From an uncultured Gammaproteobacteria bacterium (GTDB taxonomy: Bacteria > Patescibacteriota > Patescibacteriia > UBA9570), in contig CAYLOJ010000007.1 of NCBI GenBank assembly GCA_964385285.1, positions 1 through 61,462 on the forward strand: 61,462 nucleotides of DNA, read 5' to 3'. The position numbers were made by a program, and so were the translations under genes. Positions within the stretch are counted from its first letter, which is position 1, and each line of letters begins with the position of its first letter. The notes under the pieces are model-generated. The model saw nothing but the letters and a program-made list of their open reading frames with translations, made no database searches and was not told where the DNA came from. This document shows, in pieces, positions 10,211 to 17,878 of this stretch.

Positions 10211-11172
10211 AGAACCCTTGGTTAGATTTACCAAAACCGTTGATCTATTTAGCGCCAATGAGCGGGGTGACAAATTTGGCCTATCGCCAGATTGTAAAAT
10301 CATTCGCCTCGGATATTTTGTTTCCGGAATTTGTATCGATTGATGCCATGCACTATGGTTCCGACAAATCTGATCTACTACTGAAATATGAGGAATCAGA
10401 ACGCCCGATCATCGCTCAGTTGTTTGGTTCTGAACCCGAGCTGTTCCATGAAGCGGCTTTGAAAATTAAAGCCCAAGGCTTTGATGGTGTCGATATTAAC
10501 TTTGGATGTCCGGCTCCTAAAGTTGCCAAGAATGGCGGCGGCTGTGCCCTCTTAGGAGATCTCGGTCGTTGTCGGGCCATTATTGAGGCCGTCATCGCTG
10601 CGGTGGGTAACGATTTACCGGTGTCGGTCAAAACCCGCATTAGTTATAAGCAAGTCCATGTGCGCGATTTTTGTAAAACGATTGCTGACCTTCCCCTCTC
10701 TAACTTAACGGTCCACGGCCGTCCATTTGAGCGCCCGTATGAAGGGGCGGCAGATTTAGATTGCGTGAAAGAAGCCAAACAATCTGTTCCATTCTTAGTC
10801 TGTGCCTCCGGACACGGACACACCCCGGAAGCGGCTAAAGAAACGTTGGATTATACGGGTTGTGATGGTGTGGCTGTTGCCCGCGGTACTTTTGGCAAGC
10901 CCTGGTTAATTAAACAGATCAAAGAGTATTTAACGACTGGTAGTTACTGGCAGCCAAGCCAAGCCGAAATTTTGGATATCATGTTGCAGCATGCCCGGTT
11001 AACGACCAAATTAAACTCGGAGCGACCATTTGTAGAGATCCGTAAAGTGATGGGTTGGTATGTGCGCGCTATCCCGTATGCGGCTCAATACCGTGCTCGT
11101 TTAGTGCGCGTCAACAGTTTGGAAGATATTGAAGTCATTGTACAAGAAATAAAACAAGGCCTGCCGGCCTAG
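10207..11172 (+). CDS. dus: tRNA-dihydrouridine synthase
   Basis: LAPMSGVTN, DINFGCP and HGR motifs. Start placed at the ATG at 10207, giving an ATGA overlap with the previous stop. Confidence 0.85.
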   Translation: MKNPWLDLPKPLIYLAPMSGVTNLAYRQIVKSFASDILFPEFVSIDAMHYGSDKSDLLLKYEESERPIIAQLFGSEPELFHEAALKIKAQGFDGVDINFGCPAPKVAKNGGGCALLGDLGRCRAIIEAVIAAVGNDLPVSVKTRISYKQVHVRDFCKTIADLPLSNLTVHGRPFERPYEGAADLDCVKEAKQSVPFLVCASGHGHTPEAAKETLDYTGCDGVAVARGTFGKPWLIKQIKEYLTTGSYWQPSQAEILDIMLQHARLTTKLNSERPFVEIRKVMGWYVRAIPYAAQYRARLVRVNSLEDIEVIVQEIKQGLPA

Positions 11173-11187
11173 TGTTGGAGTTCAATT

Positions 11188-11246
11188 GTGGTGCGTACAG
11201 GCCGGGCGGGAATGTGATTCCCCGCGCCGGCTGTACGTTCCCCCTA
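11188..11246 (-). other. Cassette-B 3' module: UAGGGGGAA, long GC hairpin, CACCAC
   Basis: Minus strand GGGGGAA (11238-11245), hairpin CGUACAGCCGGCGCGGGG-AAUCACAUU-CCCGCCCGGCCUGUACG (11194-11237), CACCAC (11188-11193). Confidence 0.55.
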
Positions 11247-11249
11247 CTG

Positions 11250-11594
11250 CTACGGACAGAGCACGTCGGCGTAAAGGACTCCGCCCTTGGAGATGTCCTT
11301 TGAATTGATGATGTGCATCATCCGGCGCCCCTGGTAGGTCGTCCGAGCCGGCGCGATGCCACGGTTTTCGATCCACGCGAGCAAATCACCGCTGAAGTGC
11401 TCCATCACGCTGTCGGCGAAGGAGATGCGCGGGTAGATCGTGTAGCCGTTCGGCAACGCGATGGGATTGAACCCAGTACGTGGGTCACGCGTCCGAAGGT
11501 CACCCTCGTACGCGTCGGTCTCCTCGTACCAGGTGATGGTGGCGAACTTCTCCGCCAGGTAGACACCCACCTCGTCCAGTCGTCTCAATTGCAT
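11250..11594 (-). CDS. GC-rich cassette B: hypothetical 114-aa protein
   Basis: ORF track. High GC3. SD UAGGAG lies 7 nt upstream of the ATG. Confidence 0.7.
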   Translation of the reverse strand: MQLRRLDEVGVYLAEKFATITWYEETDAYEGDLRTRDPRTGFNPIALPNGYTIYPRISFADSVMEHFSGDLLAWIENRGIAPARTTYQGRRMMHIINSKDISKGGVLYADVLCP

Positions 11595-11639
11595 CGAGAA
11601 CTCCTATACATTAATGCTCTGCGAGACAGAGCCGGTGCA

Positions 11640-11671
11640 TTTAATCACAAAAAACGGATTTGTCAATCCGT
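11640..11671 (-). promoter_or_regulatory. Terminator hairpin with embedded promoter for cassette B
   Basis: Minus strand AACGGAUU-GACA-AAUCCGUU plus U6. TTGACA (11661-11666), 17-nt spacer, TAAAT (about 11640-11645). Confidence 0.5.
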
Positions 11672-11714
11672 TCCATTCGATTTGATATATAATTTGCAGT
11701 GTTCGGAGATGTGC

Positions 11715-11774
11715 GTGGTGCGTACGGGCCGGGCGGGAATGTGATTTCCCGCGCCGACCTCGTACCTTCCTCCT
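11715..11774 (-). other. Cassette-B2 3' module: GAGGAGGAA, long GC hairpin, CACCAC
   Basis: The hairpin at 11721-11765 is a sequence paralog of the 11194-11237 hairpin (same AAUCACAU loop) with altered stem bases. GGAGGAAG lies at 11766-11774 and CACCAC at 11715-11720. Confidence 0.55.
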
Positions 11775-11792
11775 CTGTCTGGTGCACTGGTA

Positions 11793-11954
11793 CTACACCA
11801 GCTTCCAGAACAGCCAGCCAAAGAACTTCCAGAACAGCCAGCCTTCACCGGCCAGGATCGCAAGGGATACGATACAGAACACCACGACCGAGATCGGGGT
11901 GCGCTGCTCGCCACTTTGGTCGTCGCCGGCGAAGCCATCCACGTCATTCTGCAT
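11793..11954 (-). CDS. GC-rich cassette B2: 53-aa single-TM micro-protein (MQNDVDGFAGDDQSGEQRTPISVVVFCIVSLAILAGEGWLFWKFFGWLFWKLV)
   Basis: Hand-translated; it is below the ORF-track size cutoff. SD CGGAGGG lies 4 nt before the ATG. High GC3 and one clear hydrophobic helix. Preferred over the 119-aa alternative frame 11663..12022, which runs into AT-rich promoter DNA. Confidence 0.5.
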   Translation of the reverse strand: MQNDVDGFAGDDQSGEQRTPISVVVFCIVSLAILAGEGWLFWKFFGWLFWKLV

Positions 11955-11980
11955 GTGCCCTCCGTGTAGTAGGCGCGAGC

Positions 11981-12015
11981 AGTAAACACAAAAAACTCGG
12001 ATTGGTCAATCCGGT
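11981..12015 (-). promoter_or_regulatory. Terminator hairpin with embedded promoter for cassette B2
   Basis: Minus strand CCGGAUU-GACC-AAUCCGAG plus U6. TTGACC (12004-12009), 17-nt spacer, TTTACT (11981-11986). Confidence 0.45.
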
Positions 12016-12025
12016 TGGTCATACG

Positions 12026-12093
12026 GGTGGTGATGGACTCTACGGGTCAGTGATGTGCGTTGCCGCGACAGCACTGACTCGTAGCTTCCCCCT
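12026..12093 (-). other. Cassette-C 3' module: UAGGGGGAA, 13-bp hairpin, UCACCACC
   Basis: GGGGGAAG at 12085-12093. CUACGAGUCAGUG...CACUGACCCGUAG stem at 12040-12084. CACCACC at 12026-12033. Confidence 0.55.
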
Positions 12094-12096
12094 AGC

Positions 12097-12402
12097 TCAG
12101 GTTGCGGGGTCTTCGAAGATCGTCATGATCTGCTTGCGGTTCCCGTCCAGCAGGGTGATGACGCGGCCGTCATTCACCTTGGTGGGGTGGGGCGTCAGGC
12201 CGATGGTGGCATGGACGAATCCAGCCAGCGTGTCGTGCCAGACCCGCTCCGACTCGATGACGAAGCGCCCAACCCGAACTGCCTTCGGGCCGAAGACGAC
12301 CTGGGTGGGACTACGTGACGTCACGAAGACCTTCGAGAAGTCGACCATGTTGAACGCCAGCGCCAGCGCCAGCTCGAGATCCTTCAGAGACAAAGTACGC
12401 AA
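12097..12402 (-). CDS. GC-rich cassette C: hypothetical 101-aa protein (TTG start)
   Basis: ORF track. High GC3. GGAG lies 7 nt upstream of the TTG. Confidence 0.6.
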   Translation of the reverse strand: MRTLSLKDLELALALAFNMVDFSKVFVTSRSPTQVVFGPKAVRVGRFVIESERVWHDTLAGFVHATIGLTPHPTKVNDGRVITLLDGNRKQIMTIFEDPAT

Positions 12403-12423
12403 AATAGCTCCGTGAGCCCCAGC

Positions 12424-12452
12424 AGGCTAATGGAGATTACTGTTTATGTCAA
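12424..12452 (-). promoter_or_regulatory. Sigma70-type promoter for cassette C
   Basis: TTGACA (12447-12452), 17 nt, TAGCCT (12424-12429), immediately after the stop of the upstream membrane-protein gene. Confidence 0.45.
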
Positions 12453-12460
12453 ACTAGACC

Positions 12461-13150
12461 CTATTCCCGATTGCGGCCGATCAAGATCATCGCCACAATG
12501 GGCGCAGCAATCCATCCAAAATTGGTCCACTCATTGGTGAACACATACTGTGTTAATGCGGAAAACTTATGAAGTACATTATCCGGCATGAAGGATAAAG
12601 TGACGGATACTAATAACCCAACATGCAACACACTAAACACCAAGGTTTGCCACCACTTCCCTTCTCCATTTGGAGCCAAGGCATTCAACACCGCTTGGCG
12701 TGACAATAAGAAAAATAAAATAATGAATACGGAGATAAAGGCAGTGATCTGTACAGTGTAACTATCGTTCACTTTGATGTTCAGCACAAACTCTGGCAAT
12801 GCCGCTACCACCGCCAACGCCATATAGATACTGACCATGATGGCGATGATACGATCCTTCCCTAAGGACAAACCATAGAGCAGAGCACCGACAACAAAGA
12901 AGCCCACTAAAAACAGATCCCATGATGGATTGCCCATGTTCAGGCTTTTAAGAGTTTGGTCGATATTCAACTGGCTAGTACTACTATTGGTATTACTCGC
13001 AGCTTCTTCAACTGCGGTAACGACTCCGGTTGATTCTGTGCTCGCCGTTACGGTACCAGAATCTGCATTCGTATTGGTATCCGAATTCGTATTACTATTC
13101 TCTGTATCCGAGACTACCGTTTTATTTTTTTGCTCAGTATTTTTTGGCAT
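12461..13150 (-). CDS. Multi-pass membrane protein with a low-complexity Thr/Ser/Asn N-terminus
   Basis: ORF track. Several hydrophobic helices. Confidence 0.65.
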   Translation of the reverse strand: MPKNTEQKNKTVVSDTENSNTNSDTNTNADSGTVTASTESTGVVTAVEEAASNTNSSTSQLNIDQTLKSLNMGNPSWDLFLVGFFVVGALLYGLSLGKDRIIAIMVSIYMALAVVAALPEFVLNIKVNDSYTVQITAFISVFIILFFLLSRQAVLNALAPNGEGKWWQTLVFSVLHVGLLVSVTLSFMPDNVLHKFSALTQYVFTNEWTNFGWIAAPIVAMILIGRNRE

Positions 13151-13211
13151 GATGGGCAGAATTATAGCATAACTGTGAACGCAATGCTACATGCGATCAA
13201 TTCATCTAATA

Positions 13212-13595
13212 TTAGATCCAGGTAGTGAGTCCCCCAACTAAGATGTAACTAAACAAAATATAAACTACTAATATTGCCATTCCTGAAAATAATTTGCTCT
13301 CAATACCTATTAGACGTTTTTTTGAAAAACTCACTTGCTGCCCAATAAATACTCTACTACCCACCCATTCAGCTAATAATAATCCACCAATCACATAGAT
13401 CATTAGTAATCCATAAATAACCACAGACGTTAAATGATTATCCATGCTGGCAATTTTGTAAAAGCCAGCAATACTAATGATGAATGCGACTAGGAACTGA
13501 TACGAGCGCCGATAGGCTTGACTATACAACTCATATTCACGTTCGTCAGCTGGTTGATAACGCCTCCAATTTAGACGAGTATCGGATGATTTCAT
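13212..13595 (-). CDS. Small 3-TM membrane protein (paralog of 13810..14178)
   Basis: Start moved to MKSSDTRLNWRRYQPADERE. It shares the WxxYQPADEREx(2)L(F/Y)xQAYRRS motif with the paralog. Confidence 0.6.
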   Translation of the reverse strand: MKSSDTRLNWRRYQPADEREYELYSQAYRRSYQFLVAFIISIAGFYKIASMDNHLTSVVIYGLLMIYVIGGLLLAEWVGSRVFIGQQVSFSKKRLIGIESKLFSGMAILVVYILFSYILVGGLTTWI

Positions 13596-13602
13596 AATGC
13601 TA

Positions 13603-13806
13603 TTAGACTTTAAATTTAAATAAATCTTCAATACTAACTTTAAATAATCTTGCACATTGCCAAGCGAGATAAAGAGTAGGTTGATACTTTCCTTGCTCAA
13701 TAGCATTGATCGTTTGACGGGTGACACCCAGCTTATTGGCTAATTCTTCTTGAGTGTAGCCGGCTTTAGTGCGGTAATCTTTTAAATTACTATTAATAAT
13801 AGGCAT
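13603..13806 (-). CDS. XRE-family helix-turn-helix transcriptional regulator
   Basis: The 67-aa sequence [27 protein letters not shown] is a classic Cro/C1 HTH. Confidence 0.85.
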   Translation of the reverse strand: MPIINSNLKDYRTKAGYTQEELANKLGVTRQTINAIEQGKYQPTLYLAWQCARLFKVSIEDLFKFKV

Positions 13807-13809
13807 AAC

Positions 13810-14178
13810 TTAGGAGCAAAATACGCCACAATCAAAAATAGTCCCCCAAACAAATAGGATCCCTCCCAACACAATAACGATCGACACTAACAATAGAGCC
13901 ATGCTAATTAACTTAGTATAAAGATTGCGCTTAAAGGTGACTGGTTCACCTAAAAAGATAGTGGCACTGATCAGTGTAGAAACCACTCCCATTGTGAGAA
14001 TGGCTAAAATAATTTTGCCTGTAGTCATAATTTCACTGGGTTGAGTAATGAACAGGAAGTAGACTACGATTAATAATTGGAAAGCTAGCCAACTACGCCG
14101 ATAGGCTTGATAAAAAAGCTGTTGTTCCCGTTCATCGGCTGGTTGATAATGCCACCAAAGTAATTTTTTGATTTGCAT
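13810..14178 (-). CDS. Small 3-TM membrane protein (paralog of 13212..13595)
   Basis: ORF track. Shares the N-terminal motif with the paralog. Confidence 0.6.
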   Translation of the reverse strand: MQIKKLLWWHYQPADEREQQLFYQAYRRSWLAFQLLIVVYFLFITQPSEIMTTGKIILAILTMGVVSTLISATIFLGEPVTFKRNLYTKLISMALLLVSIVIVLGGILFVWGTIFDCGVFCS

Positions 14179-14193
14179 AAGTGTTGAATAAAT

Positions 14194-14236
14194 TGTAAAA
14201 TACTTTTTACATAGACAATGTAAAAGATGTTTTACA
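14194..14236. promoter_or_regulatory. Two 18-bp palindromic operators TGTAAAA-N4-TTTTACA
   Basis: Sites at 14194-14211 and 14219-14236, in the divergent intergenic region upstream of the XRE operon. Confidence 0.6.
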
Positions 14237-14279
14237 TTTAGTCAACCCCCAGGCGAAGCACTTGTGGATAAGTTTAAAA

Positions 14280-14684
14280 ATGCTAGGATGTCTAGCACTT
14301 ATGATAAACCAAGGATTCACTATTCAAGATCAAGGTGCCGGCGTGATTGCATTTAGTTTCACGCGCAGTTCAAGTAACGATGAGGATAGTACGCAGGTAG
14401 CGCACCAGGCCACTGAGCAACTCGACGCTGCACTCCGTAATTATGACGAACGTGAAGCGTTGGTGTTAGTTGAATTTAATGATGACGATGGCGTCGTCAG
14501 TAAAGAGGCCTTAGGAATCTATTCTGAACTGCTGAAGCATCCAAAAATCATGCGCATGGCAATTTATGGCGGCCTAGCAAAATACCGTCAGTTTGCAAAA
14601 CTAGCACTCCCTTTCACTAATCTACATATGATTAAGATTTTTGATACGAAATCAGAAGCCATGCATTGGCTGATCAACTCGTAA
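14280..14684 (+). CDS. Hypothetical protein (possibly STAS/SpoIIAA-like)
   Basis: ORF track 14262..14684. First ATG is at 14280. The fold guess is weak. Confidence 0.45.
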   Translation: MLGCLALMINQGFTIQDQGAGVIAFSFTRSSSNDEDSTQVAHQATEQLDAALRNYDEREALVLVEFNDDDGVVSKEALGIYSELLKHPKIMRMAIYGGLAKYRQFAKLALPFTNLHMIKIFDTKSEAMHWLINS

Positions 14685-14688
14685 TCGG

Positions 14689-15132
14689 TTAGTTGGAGCG
14701 TTGCCGTCGTTTCAGCGCAATATGAAAAATGATCGCCAATAGCGTATTGGCCAAAGCAGCCAGAGCCAGGAGCATGGGTCCAAGCCATAAGGAAGCAAAA
14801 CTATTCACTTTGGAATGCGCAGGACGCGCAGCATCAAAATAGACGCTCACTTGATCCCCAATCGCATAGGTCGTCGGGCTTTGTGTACTGTGTGGTTTAA
14901 AGCGAAATTGTTCACCAGCGGTATTATCAAAACGAATGAGTGGGCTATACCCCTTACCCTGCTGTATGACATCAATGACAGTACCCGTCACCGGAACGGC
15001 TGTTTGAATGAACAAGGCAGTGCGCCCATACCAAGTGGCAGCAGCTAACCATAATCCGAGACTCACGAGGAACAATACCAACACCGAGTGAGTCTTTAAG
15101 CGATAACGAGTGTGATGAGCGACAACAATCAT
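14689..15132 (-). CDS. DUF3592-like membrane protein
   Basis: TM - beta-rich domain - TM layout. Paralog of 17418..17867 (GTV(I/V)D..., AIGD.V.VY(F/Y)D). Start placed at the ATG at 15132. Confidence 0.6.
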   Translation of the reverse strand: MIVVAHHTRYRLKTHSVLVLFLVSLGLWLAAATWYGRTALFIQTAVPVTGTVIDVIQQGKGYSPLIRFDNTAGEQFRFKPHSTQSPTTYAIGDQVSVYFDAARPAHSKVNSFASLWLGPMLLALAALANTLLAIIFHIALKRRQRSN

Positions 15133-15159
15133 AGAATAAGTATAACACAACTACGATAG

Positions 15160-15213
15160 GGGTTGGTGATGGTCCGCGGCGGCAATAGATATAGCCGCGG
15201 ACCATCTCCTCCA
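15160..15213 (-). other. Cassette-D 3' module: UGGAGGA, perfect 13-bp hairpin, ACCAAC
   Basis: GGAGGA at 15207-15213. GAUGGUCCGCGGC / GCCGCGGACCAUC stem at 15168-15206. Confidence 0.55.
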
Positions 15214-15591
15214 TCAGCCCTGAGGCTTGGTCTGCTCTCGCTCGTAGGCGTGAACACCGGCGTAATTGCTGGTACCCGGACCGTGGCTGAACGACACGAT
15301 CCGACCACGCGCGGTACCGTCACTGCCGAGGTGAACGTACGGGGTCAGCGTCACCACCAGCGTCTGCAGCCACCCGACCACCACGTGGTTGCGCTGGGCC
15401 AATCCGGAGTAGTCGTAGTGATCATCGAACACGATGACGTACGGCCCGATCTCCAGGTAGGGCTGCAGGACACCGGACAGATCGACGCGGACATTGATGC
15501 CGCCGGTCGACTTCGGGAAGTCCACACGGGTGAACAGCTCGGTCAGGAACGTTTCGACGCCATCCATCTTCAACAATTTCACATCCAACAT
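15214..15591 (-). CDS. GC-rich cassette D: hypothetical 125-aa protein
   Basis: ORF track. High GC3 after an AT-rich first ~10 codons. Confidence 0.65.
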   Translation of the reverse strand: MLDVKLLKMDGVETFLTELFTRVDFPKSTGGINVRVDLSGVLQPYLEIGPYVIVFDDHYDYSGLAQRNHVVVGWLQTLVVTLTPYVHLGSDGTARGRIVSFSHGPGTSNYAGVHAYEREQTKPQG

Positions 15592-15640
15592 GTGTCACCA
15601 GGGTAAAGTCCGCTGTACAAGGCAGTTAGCAGACCGGTCA

Positions 15641-15669
15641 GATGTATACTAAAAATGCTGATTTGTCAA
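15641..15669 (-). promoter_or_regulatory. Sigma70-type promoter for cassette D
   Basis: TTGACA (15664-15669), 17 nt, TACATC (15641-15646). Confidence 0.45.
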
Positions 15670-15691
15670 GCCCGAATACGCACTCTGTCTG

Positions 15692-15720
15692 TTGAAATTA
15701 GCCAAAAAAAATGATAGAAT
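15692..15720 (+). promoter_or_regulatory. Sigma70-type promoter for the 15730 gene
   Basis: TTGAAA, 17 nt, TAGAAT, located 9 nt upstream of the ATG. Confidence 0.5.
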
Positions 15721-15729
15721 TAGAAAATT

Positions 15730-17421
15730 ATGCATCCCTCAGAGCGTACACATCAGCCTGAACAGTTCGACCTAAAACGGGTTGATCCGCGCATCGCGGA
15801 GACCTTAGATGTGTCGTTAGCGCGGGAAGCGGCAACGATGCCGGATCAATGGATGTTGTCGTATCATCCGGAACGCGCCAGCAAGGAACAGCTAGCCGCC
15901 GCGGAATGGGATCCAAAATTAATCACCTACTCTGAAACATTGTTAGCGATGGCTGCGCAAGCTGAAGCGTTGCAAGCCACTGTACCACCGACAGCAGAAA
16001 ATCGGGCGGCGATTTACAGTGCGCGGTCTGCTTTGCTAAGCGAGGCTAATGCTTACTACAACCCCGTTCGTCAACGGATGGGTGCAGGCTACGGTGCTAC
16101 TCTACATTGGGAGACGCAAACCAAAAAAGCGCTCGAGGCGGCAACGGCTCGGGGATTTTCACCGGAAGATCAGCGCTTTATATTGGCCGGGCGTTTACAA
16201 GCGATCACCACGGAATTGGAAACGATCTTAACCATGGTACGTACTGGTGGCTGGAATAATCCACAAGAAAAAAATCGTTACTGTGGATTATTAGATGGAA
16301 CCCGCAGTGCAGCCGTTCGGCAGAGTACGTTAGATCTATGGTCAGCCAGTGGTGGTGAAACGGCAGAGTTTGATACGTTGTGGTCTGAATTTGATACCGC
16401 CATCACTAATTACTTAGAGCAGTTTCAAGCAGAGCCAGCACCGGATGGCGCTACCATTCTGGGAGAGGCCCGCTTAGCACAGTATTTCCAAGAACTAGGT
16501 TTAACCGAATCCCCCGCTGAATTAGTTGCCCGCTGTGAAACGGAACGCCTTGCGGTCAGCGCCGAACTTGATCGTCTCGTCGCATTACATCCCGAGGTTA
16601 CACAGGAGGATCAAAGTTATCCAGAGAGTGATCAAGCCATCATTCAAGCTGCGCAGGATACTACCCGCTGGTTTCAAGAGCACCTGATTGATCAGAGTGA
16701 TCTCATTCCACGTGGCACGGATGTCACTGATATGCGCCCAGTCATTCGTACGAATAGTAAAGTTAGCGATATTAATTTTGCTGCACTGGATCCTGGGAAT
16801 ACCTCTGTCTATTATCAGCCAGCGGCAAACCAAGAAATTTGGAAACCAAATTGGAAAATGATGAGTGTGTTAACAACCCACGAATTGGCGCATATCGTGC
16901 AGCGCAAAGTAGATGTGGTGCCCACGGGTTGGAAAAGCATGACCGCCTCAGAAGGCGCAGCGGTTGCGATGGAATGGTTAAAATTGGGGTTAGAAAAGCC
17001 GACTCCACAGGCGATGTATCAATATTTACAATTGCAGTTACGCCGCAGCGTCCGCATGAAAACTGCTTTAGAATTTCATCAGGGTACCCTCCCGGCTACT
17101 GAGTTAAAACAGCGCGGTCAACAAGAAGCGCGTTTAACGACAGAACAGCAGAGCGAAGACTTTATTGAATCGACACAAGGCGCAATTGGTACAACCACGG
17201 CCTACTGGTTAGGACCACAGCTGATCTTAGCCTTAGCCAATGCTGAACATCATGGTGATTTTAAAGCCGCTTTACGCCAAGTGGCCCACAGCAGTGGATT
17301 GCGATTGCCAGGGCATGTGTTTATGCAGGGTGATCCGAATCATTTTAGTTTAACCACTCACGTAGACGCGGAACCACTACCAGTCAAAATGTCGAAGCAG
17401 TATTTTCCGGATCATCCTTAA
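15730..17421 (+). CDS. HExxH-motif protein, putative metallopeptidase
   Basis: ORF track. THELAHIVQ plus a downstream Glu. Family not recognised. Confidence 0.5.
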   Translation: MHPSERTHQPEQFDLKRVDPRIAETLDVSLAREAATMPDQWMLSYHPERASKEQLAAAEWDPKLITYSETLLAMAAQAEALQATVPPTAENRAAIYSARSALLSEANAYYNPVRQRMGAGYGATLHWETQTKKALEAATARGFSPEDQRFILAGRLQAITTELETILTMVRTGGWNNPQEKNRYCGLLDGTRSAAVRQSTLDLWSASGGETAEFDTLWSEFDTAITNYLEQFQAEPAPDGATILGEARLAQYFQELGLTESPAELVARCETERLAVSAELDRLVALHPEVTQEDQSYPESDQAIIQAAQDTTRWFQEHLIDQSDLIPRGTDVTDMRPVIRTNSKVSDINFAALDPGNTSVYYQPAANQEIWKPNWKMMSVLTTHELAHIVQRKVDVVPTGWKSMTASEGAAVAMEWLKLGLEKPTPQAMYQYLQLQLRRSVRMKTALEFHQGTLPATELKQRGQQEARLTTEQQSEDFIESTQGAIGTTTAYWLGPQLILALANAEHHGDFKAALRQVAHSSGLRLPGHVFMQGDPNHFSLTTHVDAEPLPVKMSKQYFPDHP

Positions 17422-17867
17422 GCATGCAGCTGTTTGGCACGTTGTTGTCGATACCAAATAATCGCAAAGATCAGACTCAATAATCCATTCACTCCCCCAG
17501 CCACAGCTAACATGAGCGGTCCAAACCACAAATTTAGGAACCAATCTAATTTGGCATGTTGCGGATGTTGCGGATCATAATAGACCGTCACTGCGTCACC
17601 AATTGCAAAGGGAGCAGGCCGAGCAGAGCTCAGCGGCTGATAGGTAATGTGTTCGCCGGCTAAGGTGGTGAACGCCACTTTGACATGGTATCCCCGAGTA
17701 CCTCGCCCGACGGGAATCAGATCAACCACTGTGCCTGGCACCGTGGTTGCCTGACGAATAAAATTTGCATTGTAGCCACCCCAAATTGCTGCAGCTAACA
17801 ACAAAGCTGCCGCGACCCCAACTAAAATAATGCTGGGAATTTTAAAGTTGTGTGAACGTCGTCTCAT
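17418..17867 (-). CDS. DUF3592-like membrane protein
   Basis: Paralog of 14689..15132. Confidence 0.6.
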   Translation of the reverse strand: MRRRSHNFKIPSIILVGVAAALLLAAAIWGGYNANFIRQATTVPGTVVDLIPVGRGTRGYHVKVAFTTLAGEHITYQPLSSARPAPFAIGDAVTVYYDPQHPQHAKLDWFLNLWFGPLMLAVAGGVNGLLSLIFAIIWYRQQRAKQLHA

Positions 17868-17878
17868 TCGGTGGGATA

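Noticed and set aside
11663-12022. 119-aa ORF spanning cassette B2
   Set aside because: It crosses the AT-rich terminator/promoter regions on both sides. The 53-aa frame with an SD, high GC3 and a clean TM helix is more plausible, although unproven.
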